A DNA stretch of 64,000 nucleotides from the NCBI GenBank assembly GCA_030264375.1, contig JASCQW010000130.1, positions 33,034,791 to 33,098,790 on the forward strand, in the 5' to 3' direction. The position numbers and the translations under genes were made by a program. The DNA comes from Carcharhinus longimanus. Its lineage: Eukaryota. A model generated the notes under the pieces. It saw nothing but the letters and a program-made list of their open reading frames with translations. It was not told the DNA's origin and made no database searches. Positions 1 to 12,230 of the stretch are shown here, one piece after another (the first letter of the stretch is position 1; every line of letters begins with the position of its first letter).

Positions 1-2560
1 CTCAACTGATAAATCAGTATTCCTCCATGTTGAACACAGAGGAAGCACTGAGGGTGTCAAGGGTGCAGAATGCATTCTGGGTGGGGGAACTTGATTACTC
101 ATCACTATGAGTGGCTCGGTAATACCACCACAGAGTGAACCAGTCAACTCTTAAAGGACACAGCTGCTGGACTGGACTGCAGCAGGTGGTGAAGGAATCA
201 ACAAAAAGGAAAAACATACTCAGTCATTCTGACCAAACTATATGCTGCAGATACATCTGTCCATGATAATATTGGTAGGAGTGACCCTCACACAATGATT
301 GTGGAGACAAAGTCCTGTCTTCAAACTGAGTATACCCTCCACCATGTTGTGTGACACTACCGCCCATGTTAAATGGGATAGAACAAATCTAATAAATCAT
401 GGCTGGTCATGAAGCACTGTGGGCCATCAGCAGCATCAGAACTGTACTCAACCACAATCTGTAACCTCATGACCTGGCATATCCCCCACTCTGCCATTAC
501 ATCAGACGGAGGATCAACCCTCGTTCAATGATGAATGTAGGTGAGCATGCCAGGAACAGCACCAGGCATACCTAAAAATGAGGTGCCAACCTGGTGAAGC
601 TACAACACAGGGCTACATGCATGACAGACAGCATAAGCAGCAACAGATAGAGCCAGGACATCCACAACCAATGGATCAGATCTAAGCTCTGCCAACCTGC
701 CACATCCAGCCATGAATAGTGATGGACAATTAAACAACACAGTGAAAGAGGAGGCTCCACAAATGCTTGCATCCTCATTGATGGAGGTGCCCAGCACATC
801 AGTGCAAAGGATAAGGCTGAAGAATTCGCAACAGTCTTCAGCCAGAAGTGCTGAGTGGATGACCCATCTTGGCCTTCTCTAGAGGTCCTCAATATCACAG
901 ATATGTCTGTCTTCAGCCAATTCAACTCACTCTATGTGATGTAAAGAAAAAGCTGGAGGCGCTAGTACTGCAAGCCTCAGGGCCCTGACAATATTCTATC
1001 AATAGTACTGAAGACCCATGTACCAGAACTTACCATACCCCTAGTGAAGCTGTTTCAGTACAGCAACAACACCGGCATCAATGCAGTAATGTAGAAAGTT
1101 GTCCAATTATATCCTGTACACAAAAACAGGACAATCCAACCCAACCAGTTATCACTTCACCAATCTATTCACGATTAGTAAAGTGATGGAAGAGGTTATA
1201 AGTAACGCTATCAAGTGGCACATCTTAGCAACAACTAGTCACCGATGCTTAGTTTGGATTCCGCCACGACCATTCAACTCCTGACCTCATACAGTCTTTG
1301 ACCAAACATGGGCAAAAGAGTTGAATTCCAGAAGTGAGGTGAGAATGACTGCCCTCGATATCAAGGCTGATTTAACCCGATGAGGCCTTAAGGAAAAACT
1401 GGAGTTAATGGGAATCAGAGTTGGAACTCGTGCATTGCACAAAGGAAGATGGCTGTGGTTGCTGGGGGTTTGTCATCTCAGCTCCAGAATTGATTGACAT
1501 CCCTTCCACAAACATCACTCCCTCCACCATCAATGCATAGTCGTAGCAGTGAGTACCATCTACAAGATGCACTGCAGCAGTTCCTCGGGGGATTGTCCAA
1601 GGTTCAAACATCTTCAGCTGCTTCATCAATTACTTTCTTTCCATCATAGCTCAGAAGTGGGGAAGTTCACTGTTGATTACACCATGTTCAGCACTATTTG
1701 TGAAGCTTCTGATACCAAAACAGTCCATGTCCAAAAGCAACAAGATCTAGACAATATTCAGGCTTGGGCTGACAAATGACAAGCAACGTTTGTGCCACAA
1801 AAGTGCCAGGCAATTATGATCTTCAACAACAGAGAATCTAATTAGCGGACCTTAACATTCAATGGCATTATCACTGAATCTCTATTATCAACACCTTGGG
1901 AGTTACCATTGACTAGAAACTGAGCTGGACTAGCCCTATGAATAGTTTGGCTACAAGAGCAGGTCAGAAGCTCGGAATCCTGTGGCGAGTAACTCACCCC
2001 TGACTCCTTAAAGCCTGTCCACAATCTACAAGACATAAGTCAAGAGTGTGAGGGACCATTCTCTCCTTGTGTGGATGGGTAAAGCTTCAATAACACTCAA
2101 GAAGTTTGACATCATCCAGGACAAAACATTCCATTTGATTGGTATCCCTTTCACAAACTTTCACTCCCTCAATAACCATTGGACAGTAGCAGCAGTGTGC
2201 GTCATCTACAAGATGCACTGCAGGAATTCACCAAGGCTCCTTAGACAGCATCTTCCAAACCAACAACCACTATCATCTAGAAGGACAACAGCAGCAGTAT
2301 CATGGGAACACTACCACCTGGAAGCTCCCCTCCAGCCAGTCACCATCCTGACTGGGAAATATATCACAGTTCCTTCACTGTCACTAAGTCAAAGTCCTGG
2401 AACACCTTCCCTAACAGCACTCACTGTAAATGTGCTTACACCACATGGACTGCAGTAATTCAAGAAGGCAGCTCATTACCACCTACTCAAAGGCAATTAT
2501 TGATGGGAAATAAATGCTGGCCTAGCCTGTGACATCCTGATCCCCTGAGTGAATAAAAAT
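1..2560 (+). mobile_element. Decayed CR1/L2-group non-LTR retrotransposon (endonuclease end, RT and 3' UTR)
   Basis: Broken ORF2 peptides include GQSNPTSY..FTISKVMEEVISNAIKWH, SEVGKFTVDYTMFSTI (decayed FADD motif) and QQDLDNIQAWADK. It has many stops and frameshifts and ends ...GAATAAAAA near 2560. Confidence 0.85.
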
Positions 2561-2696
2561 GCAAGAAATCAAACGGGGAATTCAGAAGAAAACTCTTTAT
2601 CCAAAGAGAGATGCAACTGTGGAATTTGTCGCAAGAGGGAGAAATTCATATGAATAGCATCAATGTATTTAAAGGGAAGTTGGATAAGTTTAATTT

Positions 2697-3100
2697 CAAG
2701 TTTATTTATTAGTGTCACAAGTAGGCATACATTAACANNNNNNNNNNNNNNNNNNNNNNNNNNNNNNNNNNNNNNNNNNNNNNNNNNNNNNNNNNNNNNN
2801 NNNNNNNNNNNNNNNNNNNNNNNNNNNNNNNNNNNNNTCAAGTTTATTTATTAGTGTCACAAGTAGGCATACATTAACACTGCAATGAAGTTACTGTGAC
2901 AGTCAGGCACCTGTTTGGATACACTGAGGGAGAATTTAGCGTGGCCAATGGACCTAACCATCACATCTTTCGGAATGTGGGAGGAAACCCATGCAGACAT
3001 GGGGAGAACGTGCAAACCCTGCACAGACAGTGACCCAAGCCAGGAATCGAACCTGAGTCCTTGGTGTTATGAGGCAGCACTGCTAACCACAGTGCTACCT
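2697..3100 (-). mobile_element. HE1-like tRNA-derived V-SINE (variant tail) inserted in a CR1 3' fragment
   Basis: The reverse complement of 3040-3100 gives GCACTGTGGTTAGCAGTGCTGCCTCA...GGTTCGATTCC (A and B boxes), and the core matches the other HE1 copies. Confidence 0.8.
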
Positions 3101-3889
3101 AGTAGGGCATAAACATATAAGGGAAAGGGAATAGAGAGTTTTATTAATAAAAGTTACTCAGAAAGGATGGGCAGAAGCTCACATGGAGCATAACCACTGG
3201 CCTGGTTGGGCTGATTGGCCTGTTTGTGTGCTGTATTTGTTTTGTAATTTTCATAAACATATCCTTCTATTACTTTTCCCCCTCATAAACATATGTAACT
3301 TACCCTTAAATGCATCAAAGAACAATATAGCACAGGAACAGGCCCTTCAGTGCTCCAAACCTGCACCGATCACACTTACCTATCTAAATCAACCACTTAT
3401 ATCCCTCTATTCCCTGTTTATTCATATGCCTATCAAGATAAGTCTTAAATGTGGCTAATATAACTGCCTCAACCACCTTACTTGGCAGTGCATTCCAGGC
3501 CCCTACCACCCTCAGTGTAAAAACTTACCATGCACATCTCCACTGAAACTTTCCCGCCCATATCTTGAACTTGTGCCCCATCAATGCTATTTGCCTCAGC
3601 TATTCCACATTGTAGAAAGTTCCCCTTCTAACCATTTGCTGAATAAAAATCTATTAAGAATAAATCGCTGAGTACTGTCGGACTGGATTTCCAACAGTCT
3701 TCATGTTTCTAGTGCAATAGCGCACTTGGAGAGGAATTCTCCTATCATATGACGCAACGGTACATCGAACAGAGGAGACTGATGGTGAGCAAGTCTGTGA
3801 ATGGTGATGCCTTCACAGGTAAAATCTAACACAGAGTTTCAGGCACCCAAGATCAAGACAGCATGGGTTGTCTAAAGTGCAAAACTCAC

Positions 3890-4050
3890 TCTACATTGCC
3901 CCATCCACTCTGCACTCATCTGATGAAGGGACAGTGGCCTGAAAGCTAGTGGTTTTTGCTACCAAATAAACCTGTTGGACTTTAACCTGGTGTTGTGAGA
4001 CGTCTTACTGTGTTTACCCCAATCCAACACTGGCATCTCCATACCATCAG
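3890..4050 (+). mobile_element. Penelope-like element terminus with minimal hammerhead motif
   Basis: CTGATGA-stem-GAAAGCTAGTG at 3920-3951, followed by AATAAACCTGTTGGACTTTAACCTGGTGTTGTGAGA. A related copy lies on the - strand at 8793-8980. Confidence 0.6.
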
Positions 4051-4429
4051 AAAGGGTAGCCAAAGCTTGGGTTAAATACAGTTTAAAGATCCCTAGCCAA
4101 TGCACCATCAGACACTATCAGGGCAGGTGCAGCATTAAAATTTCTATACACCGCCCATCCAGCAGATACAACCTCAAACTTATTGTCTCATCTGATGAAA
4201 AAACATTTTCCACAATGCAGCAAAGCCGCAGTACTGCACTGGAGCATCAGCTAAGATTATGCTGAAGTCTAGAAGGAGGTTTTGAACGTATACGTTTCTG
4301 ACTCAGAAGAAAGAATGCTGCCAAATGAACCAAACAGATAGCTGTTGACACAGGTTAAATTGAAATTTGTCAAAGTTAAAATCACAGATTCAGTATAAAG
4401 AAAGTACTTGATTTAACTTCAATATATTT

Positions 4430-4565
4430 CATTTTATATATGTATGTATGTATCTATATTTCTGTAAATATGTATATGGTTTGTGTATCTTTATATATAT
4501 GCATATGTGTATATACCTTTATACTTCTGTGTTATGTTTGCCTGTGCTTGTGTATGTGTGTATAA
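4430..4565. repeat. Degenerate (TA/TG)n microsatellite
   Basis: Runs such as tatatatgtatgtatgtatc...tgtgtatgtgtgtata. Confidence 0.75.
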
Positions 4566-4569
4566 ACAA

Positions 4570-5805
4570 ACTATACTTAGAGCTCCTCGTTTATCTCCAT
4601 GATTCCACAGTTCTAAATTTCTAGCTCGGTAACAATGAGATGTTAACTTGTTTATTTGCTGGGAGCTGGGTTAATTTTTAAAGGGGTTGAACTTTGTGCC
4701 TAATCTCAGTCTCATATTTCAAAGTGATAAGGTTGCACTTAAACGAAAGGAGCTAAAATGATGTCATGGAGACCGAAGGGTGGCAGAAGGCGAGGGAAAT
4801 AAGGAAGGGAAAAGAAAAGGAGCAGAAAACGAGGAGGAGGGAGAGAACCCACGACGTGAGGTGGAGAGGAGGAGCAGACGGAGAGAGAGAGGAGGTTGGA
4901 AGGATGAGAGGGTGAGGGTCAAAAGGGAGTTAGTGTTGCATGGTGCCCATGCATTTGGCAGTGTTAAGCCTAATATGCCACATTTGAAGCTCTATTAGCC
5001 TGCCTACTCACCTCACGGAAGGAACGTTGACAAACTGCGATGAAGCAACAGTTTGGGTTGAGTGACAGTTTGAAAAGAAGCAGTTCACACACCATTTAAT
5101 ATTCAGTGCTGGAATTGTTTTCCTGCATGCTGATGCCGTCGTTCTCAATTCCAGTTTTCAGGGATGTTCTGAGTCCCCCCTCACAAGCAGCAACCTGAGT
5201 TCTAACGCAGGCCAGATGCACATCTCACATTCCTGCAGTTTTAATCTTTGCTACTTCATTCAAAGCCAATTTCCTTTTTTTATATAAAAAAAGAACTTAT
5301 TTACAAATGGATATTGCCCTACCCTGACTGGAGAACTTGTATTCACACTTCGTACTTGTCACAGGGTGCTGAAGCACGACTGTACAACGAGGGAAAGTGG
5401 GAGGAGGAGGAGGAGAAGGGGTTGCCTGCTGGCCTTGTTTCCATGGTATTCCCTGTTGAACATTTGAATGCTGTATTGTTCGTATGCAAGCCAGAGCCTT
5501 GAAAAATCTCGGTACACCTGAAACTGTGACAACGGACTGAATTCCTTTACGCTCCTGAATTGGATGTCTTAAGGGGAAAAACATCAAAAGAAAAATCTTT
5601 TCCCGAAATTTGTCTATGTGAGGTGAAGGGTGGTTTAAAATAATTTTGCTGCTATCTAGCTGAAAGCCCAGACTGACACTGCCACATTCTGGGGATGAAT
5701 TAATACTCTTTAGGAAGCATGCAGGCAGCACCCAGTGGAGAATTTATGTGGTGCTTTTCACATCTCAATACTCACTAGGCCTGAACTTCCTCCAGAAGGG
5801 ATAGT
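4570..5805 (+). promoter_or_regulatory. Putative intragenic promoter and 5' UTR of a short SHANK3 isoform (intron-16 equivalent)
   Basis: About 1.2 kb with no recognisable transposon, directly upstream of the alternative ATG at 5806. It has a purine-rich tract at 4770-4930 and TATATAAAAA at 5281. The call is positional inference. Confidence 0.4.
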
Positions 5806-6058
5806 ATGAAGAAGTTTGCTTCCACGCGTAGTTTGAACAAGATCCTCCAGCAGTGTGGTGATTCCTGTCATGATTACGACGAGATACAGGCAGTGGAGAA
5901 AAAATGGCATCTGCACATCGGGGGTGCTAGAAAGGTCCTGGGCAGAAAATCAAACCTCTCGTCTCTTTTTATTACAGCCCCACCGCCCCCGAAGAGAGCG
6001 CCAAGTACCACCCTGACTCTCCGTTCCAAATCTATGACTGCTGAACTTGAGGAGCTTG
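5806..6058 (+). CDS. SHANK3: SHANK3 alternative first coding exon: 57-aa unique N-terminus running into exon 17 (Shank3e-like)
   Basis: ATG at 5806 with A at -3 and an in-frame upstream TGA at 5782. The frame MKKFASTRSLNKILQQC...WHLH...SSLFIT is open and continues into APPPPKRAPSTTLTLRSKSMTAELEEL. Donor GTAAG at 6059. Confidence 0.8.
5978..6058 (+). CDS. SHANK3: SHANK3 internal exon (mammalian exon 17 equivalent), 81 nt, phase 1-1
   Basis: Acceptor tctttttattacAG (5976-77) and donor GTAAGA. Encodes (A)PPPPKRAPSTTLTLRSKSMTAELEEL, the post-PDZ SHANK3 segment. Confidence 0.97.
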
Positions 6059-6869
6059 GTAAGATAACCCTCATTTATTAATACAGTGTACTTTGTGATT
6101 TATAGATCTGTCAACTGGTTATTCACTGCATGCGTTATTCTATGGCCTATTTTGTATCAGTGTCAGGTCCAATACATCGATGGTACATAGTGGGTAAAGA
6201 GGATCAATTCACTCCTGGCTGGCACAGTATACCTTACGTGTGTCTTAAGTATCATGCCCTGTACCTTATTATATCTCAGGATTTGGACTTCACTGGCAAG
6301 GCCATCATTTAATGTCCTGTGAGGTAATGTTTGTGGGCCTTCTCCATGAGCCACAGTCTGCATTGTTATGGCTACCATGAATTGTAATGTGTTTTTTTGC
6401 TGATTGACTTGCAAGTCAAAAAACATCAGGATTCAGCCAAACTGAGCCTGAAATGAAATGGAGGCCAGACCTGGTAACAGTGATAGGATTGCTTGCCCAG
6501 CGAACAAACTGGATGAAACAAAATGATTACTTCTGCCTCATTCTTTACTATTTCTGATGCCAAGATAGCTGTTTCTGTACTTATTCATACAGGGTAAACG
6601 GGGAAAATTTACTACTTCCAATACCACGTGACTTGTGTGCTTCAAAATCAGTTCCAGTATGTCCAGCTATCGAAAAGGATGGGCTAAATGCCCATGAAAG
6701 TTTGTCCCTTGAGTAAGCTAATGTCATAGCCCCTCCCTCTGACACCCTAACTCTTTGATGACAGTCCTTAACTCTCTCATCAATGTCTGTGCAAGTAGTA
6801 CTGTAACAGTACAATCGAATTCTGTCCCTCTAATACCTCAAACAATGCCAGTGTAGCCTCTCTAATCAA

Positions 6870-7250
6870 TTATGTGGAAAATGCTAGGATCTGTCATTAA
6901 GGACATGATAACAAAGCACTTAGAAAATGATAATATATATGATTGAGCAGAGTTAATATGGGATTTAAGAAAGAGAAATCATGTTTGACAAATCTGTTAG
7001 AGTTCTTTGAAGTTGTAACTAGCAGGCAAAATAAGTGGAAACAAGTATAATTGCATTTTCACATTTGTATCGTCACACAAGCGGTCATTGCACAGAATTA
7101 GGGTTCATGGAATTGGGACTTATATTTTAACTATCGAAAAGGAGAGAAAATGGAGAGTGGGATAAAATGGATTAAATAGGATTTACTGGTTGACAGATTG
7201 TTACTAGTGGAGAGCTGCCGGGATTGGTATTGGGGCCTCAGCTAAAAATA
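6870..7250 (+). mobile_element. CR1 LINE RT fragment
   Basis: Decayed CR1 RT region (HGF.K..SCLTNLLEFFE.VT-like) at 6955-7025. Confidence 0.7.
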
Positions 7251-8792
7251 GAAAAGCAAAATAATTTTACATGATGCATTGGCTTCTCCTTCTGCTCCTC
7301 TAGTATCTCCCATGGATCTACCTTTGAACCTGCTCTTATTTCTCACCACTGCCCCTCAGCGACATTATGCAAAAATACATTTATATTGATAATGTGCAAC
7401 CCAAACAAAAACCTCACAGAGCCTCAGACAAAATGAATCAAGGTCTCAACCCCCTGACTACTATCCAGTGACTTTTCCTGGCTCAAGTGTGATGTCAATC
7501 AGAGTAAAATAGGCATCTAATATTCAATGTCTAGTCCTGACATTTGGCTGAGATACTGGAGAATAAGGACATAAGAAATAGGAGCAGGAGTAGGCCATCT
7601 AGCCCTTCGAGCCTGCCCCGCCATTCAATAAGATCATGNNNNNNNNNNNNNNNNNNNNNNNNNNNNNNNNNNNNNNNNNNNNNNNNNNNNNNNNNNNNNN
7701 NNNNNNNNNNNNNNNNNNNNNNNNNNNNNNNNNNNNNNNNNNNNNNNNNNNNNNNNNNNNNNNNNNNNNNNNNNNNNNNNNNNNNNNNNNNNNNNNNNNN
7801 AGCTCACCAACTGTTCATCATCATCAACGACCCCGTGAAGTAAAGTGCAAATACAGTATATGGGCTGGTCCACGGTGCCCTTCATTGTTGAGTTGTTTTC
7901 CGTTAGTCGCTGTTAGGGACCATGTGGGAAGATTGGCGGTTGATGATTGGCTGGCTTCTTTGGAGAATACTCATTTTGGAAGGCAATGAGATGCAGGATA
8001 ATTGCATACAGAAACTATGGAGTATCTAAGCCAGAGGCTGAGTATCAACAAGGAAGCACTTAGTAATTCACTCATTTCATCAATTGATGCTTTAAAAAAA
8101 TTATCAAAGTAACTTTGACTCATGCAGGCAGGGCTTTGAGTGGCAGGGAGAAAAATGATTCAATTGTGTTATTTTCAGAGTATAGTATCAAGAATTGAAC
8201 AGAATGAGGTACTAGTCAAACACCCCACTCCTGAATAAATCATGCAAATGAGACACATTGAATAGGAGTGTGTTCATTGGTTTCATACCCACACGAGGTA
8301 CACGACGTCAATACACAGGATGTCGAATCAGAGTGTAAGTGGCCTCAGTCACAGAACTGCAACACAAGTAAATGTTTGAAAGAAATTCACAGGGTTTGAG
8401 TACAAGAGAAAAATTGAATCTCCTAGCTCCTTCTCCTGACCACAACTCACTGATAATAATCTGCTGCCTCAATCCTTTTATACTTGTGATTCGATCAGGG
8501 TCAAAATTAGTTTGATGCTTAAAAAATAGATCTGGCGGGAAGTGACTACTACTCTTTCACAACCTGCATTCTGAGTGTCCCAGGCTCCCTTCCAACAGTT
8601 GCCTGTTATCTCCCTGGCTATGAACGCAGGAAATATGACAGTTTCAGACCTATGCTAGTCTTCACAGATACTCTCCCTGGTATAGAATAACAGAGCTTGT
8701 GTGTATTAAAGAGTATTGCTGGCCCAGTTAGTAATATAGAGAATAGTAGCTCAGCTTTCATTATAAAAATTGCAAACCCTGTATATATTGTA

Positions 8793-8980
8793 GAGTAAGA
8801 AGTCTCATAACACCAAGTTAAAGTCCAACAGGTTTATTTGGCAGCACTAGCTTTTGGATCCTCAAGCTCCTTCTTCAGGTGGGTGAGGACAGGTGTTCAT
8901 AAACAGGGCATATAAAGACACAAACTCTATTTACAAGATGATGGTTGGAATGCGAGTCTTTACAAGTAATCAAGTCTTAC
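8793..8980 (-). mobile_element. Penelope-like element terminus (degenerate hammerhead)
   Basis: The reverse complement matches the 3890-4050 element and includes CACCTGAAGAAGGAGC...TCCAAAAGCTAGTG. Confidence 0.6.
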
Positions 8981-11497
8981 ATTATAGAGAGTAGGAGCCC
9001 CTTTGGATATTGTAAAAATTTGCAGTTAATGTGTATGTTGTAGAGAAAAGCATCCAGTGTATATTGTAGGGCATAGCAACTGTTACCTATATTATCGAGA
9101 ATGACAACTCTTGCATATTATAGAGAATAGTAAGACCTGTGTGTCTCACAGGAATAGCAGCTCCTGTATCAATTTAAAGAGTAACAGATCCTGTTATACT
9201 CAAGGCAACAGTAGAGTCTGTGTAAGTTATAGGGAACAACAGTCCCTTTTTAGGGATCGAGAATAGTGTCTCCTGTATTTCAGGAAAAGCAGCTTTGGTG
9301 TATTTTAATCGGAATAGCAACTCCTTCTTGTTCTGGGGAACAGCAGCCATTATTTGTATTATAGAAAACTGCAGCCACTATATACAATATAGAGAATAGC
9401 AGCCCCAGTGTATATTGCATATATTGGATTTAATGGCAGTGCCAGTATATCAGAGTGAATAGCAGACTCTATTGTAGTTCATAACAGTCCTTGTGGACAT
9501 TACATAAAAAAGGAAAGATTGCGGATATTATTGAAAACAGTAGCCCCTCTGTATAGTAAAGAATAGCAGCTCAGATATATATGAAAAGAAATAGCAGATC
9601 CTGTGTATACTATAGGGAATAGTACTCAGTGTATGTTATTAGAGATGAGCAAGGGTTGTGCATATTATAGGGAACAGCAAGTCCTTTGTATTATTTGGGA
9701 AATAGCAACCCCTGTGTATATGATAGTGAATAATTGCCCTAGTGTCAGCTACAATGAACAGCAGCTCTGAACATGTTGTAGAAAATAGCATGATCTCTAT
9801 CGTAGAAAATAACAGCCCTTGTGTGTTTAATAAGAAATAACAGTCCCTATTTAAAATATAAGGAATAGCACACTGAGAGTTCACAGGAAATAGGCAGCAT
9901 TTCTGTATATCATAGAAATTAGCACACCCAAAGATACTTAGAAGAATAGTAGCCATTGTATTATACAGAATAGCAGTCCTTCCGTATATTGTAGTAGTGA
10001 ATAGCAACCTTTCCATATATGATCAGCAATAAAATCCTCTGTTTTTGTGTACTGAATAGCAGGTCTTGCATATATTAGAGACAGGTAGAGCAGACCATAT
10101 CTATATTGTAGGTAACAGCATCCCTCTGTGCATTATGAGAATACTGTGGAAAATAGTAACCTCTGTATATAATAGAGGATAACAGCTCTTGTGGAAGTGA
10201 GAAGGAATAGCAGGCCCTAGCTGCAATCTTATGACCTTGTCCTGCCATCAATTAGCATGGCTGAGCGTGTGGGCGAGGGCCTGGCAGATGGAATACAATG
10301 TTGGCAAGTGTGAGGTTATCCACTTTGGTAGGAANNNNNNNNNNNNNNNNNNNNNNNNNNNNNNNNNNNNNNNNNNNNNNNNNNNNNNNNNNNNNNNNNN
10401 NNNNNNNNNNNNNNNNNNNNNNNNNNNNNNNNNNNNNNNNNNNNNNNNNNNNNNNNNNNNNNNNNNNNNNNNNNNNNNNNNNNNNNNNNNNNNNNNNNNN
10501 NNNNNNNNNNNNNNNNNNNNNNNNNNNNNNNNNNNNNNNNNNNNNNNNNNNNNNNNNNNNNNNNNNNNNNNNNNNNNNNNNNNNNNNNNNNNNNNNNNNN
10601 NNNNNNNNNNNNNNNNNNNNNNNNNNNNNNNNNNNNNNNNNNNNNNNNNNNNNNNNNNNNNNNNNNNNNNNNNNNNNNNNNNNNNNNNNNNNNNNNNNNN
10701 NNNNNNNNNNNNNNNNNNNNNNNNNNNNNNNNNNNNNNNNNNNNNNNNNNNNNNNNNNNNNNNNNNNNNNNNNNNNNNNNNNNNNNNNNNNNNNNNNNNN
10801 NNNNNNNNNNNNNNNNNNNNNNNNNNNNNNNNNNNNNNNNNNNNNNNNNNNNNNNNNNNNNNNNNNNNNNNNNNNNNNNNNNNNNNNNNNNNNNNNNNNN
10901 NNNNNNNNNNNNNNNNNNNNNNNNNNNNNNNNNNNNNNNNNNNNNNNNNNNNNNNNNNNNNNNNNNNNNNNNNNNNNNNNNNNNNNNNNNNNNNNNNNNN
11001 NNNNNNNNNNNNNNNNNNNNNNNNNNNNNNNNNNNNNNNNNNNNNNNNNNNNNNNNNNNNNNNNNNNNNAGCAGGCGGTCTCCCAATGCACTGGGAGATC
11101 AGGGTGCCTGTGAAATGGTGCCCCGAGCAGTCTGCAGTCATCTTCACCGGCAAGCTTAGGCTCCTTCCCACCAACTGGTGAGAATCATACTTCTATCCAA
11201 AAGAGTGTCATAAAATTGCATTTTCAAACTCTACCAAAAACAAGTCTGAAACACAGTTGTTTTCTCACTTGTTCAACAGTTTTTTCTCATAAGATTGCAT
11301 ACCTTTTTTATTTTATAATATTACAGAGACTAGCAAGCACTGTGCCAATTATAGGCAACAGCAAATCATGTGTCTTTTTGGAGGATAACAGCCCTGGGTA
11401 TATTAAATGGAATAGCCGGCTCTGTATATGTTTTAGGAGAGAACAGCCCTTGTGCTTATTATAGTGAATCACAACCCCTGTATATATTATATATTAT

Positions 11498-12230
11498 GAT
11501 CGCAGACCTGCTGCCCTCCCCCAGCGCTTGCAGACCCGCTGCCCTCCCCCACCAATCACGTGCAGAGTGGCAGCAGGCACCCTCCCCCCACAGGACCCAC
11601 TCCCAGGCACTGCCCCCACAGGCACTGCCCCACCAAGCCCTGTCCCAGGCACCGTCACCACAGGTCCCACCCCAGGCACTGTCACCACAGGCCCCACTCC
11701 CAGGCACTGCCCCACCAGGCCCCGCCCCAAGAACTGCCACCACAGATCCCATCACCCATTGGCCCCACCCTGGCAGTGCCTGGTGGATATTGTCCAGGTG
11801 CCCAGTTGCCATTGCCCAGGTTGGCATTGCCAAGATATCAGTCAGGCACTGCCCAATGGAGGACATGCCTGCCTTGCTTTTGGCCTCCCCAGGGGGCCTC
11901 AATGGCATCTGGTTCCACCGGCGAGGCCAAGTCGACTTCTCCCCATTCATGGGGAGCACGTGTATTCCTTGCGGACGGGAACCTCTCTGCAAGGCCATAA
12001 AGGCAAGCGAGCCCAGACAGTTGAACACCGGAATCGCTAATCATGCTGAAATTGATGTTAATTTAAATAAATGAACCAGCCTCTTGCCCATCTCTGGCGA
12101 GAAGCTGAGTGCGTTAGAAATCCTATGGTGTAAAATTGCGCCAGTCGCCAATATGATAATTGTTTCACACCCCACTTTACGACCGCATTGCATCTGAAAA
12201 TGAATGCGACCTGGTCATAAAATTCCACCC
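11498..12230. mobile_element. GC-rich non-autonomous element (MITE-like, probably Harbinger-related) with internal CCCAGGCACTG repeats
   Basis: Ends in CATAAAATTCCACCC. 12050-12140 is similar to 37395-37490, and there are short tandem repeats at 11570-11720. Confidence 0.55.

Noticed and set aside
2697-2878. Direct repeat flanking a 100-N gap
   Set aside because: Identical ~41-nt sequence on both sides of a fixed-length gap indicates an unmerged contig overlap.
5248-5731. 84-aa (+) and 144-aa (-) ORFs upstream of the alternative ATG
   Set aside because: No recognisable protein similarity or convincing splice context.
10231-11181. Long ORFs in several frames (also 32013-33233 and other gaps)
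   Set aside because: They consist of N runs translated as X.
11370-12074. 234-aa Pro/Gln-rich ORF and overlapping ORFs
   Set aside because: GC-rich tandem repeat inside a non-autonomous element; open in most frames because of base composition.
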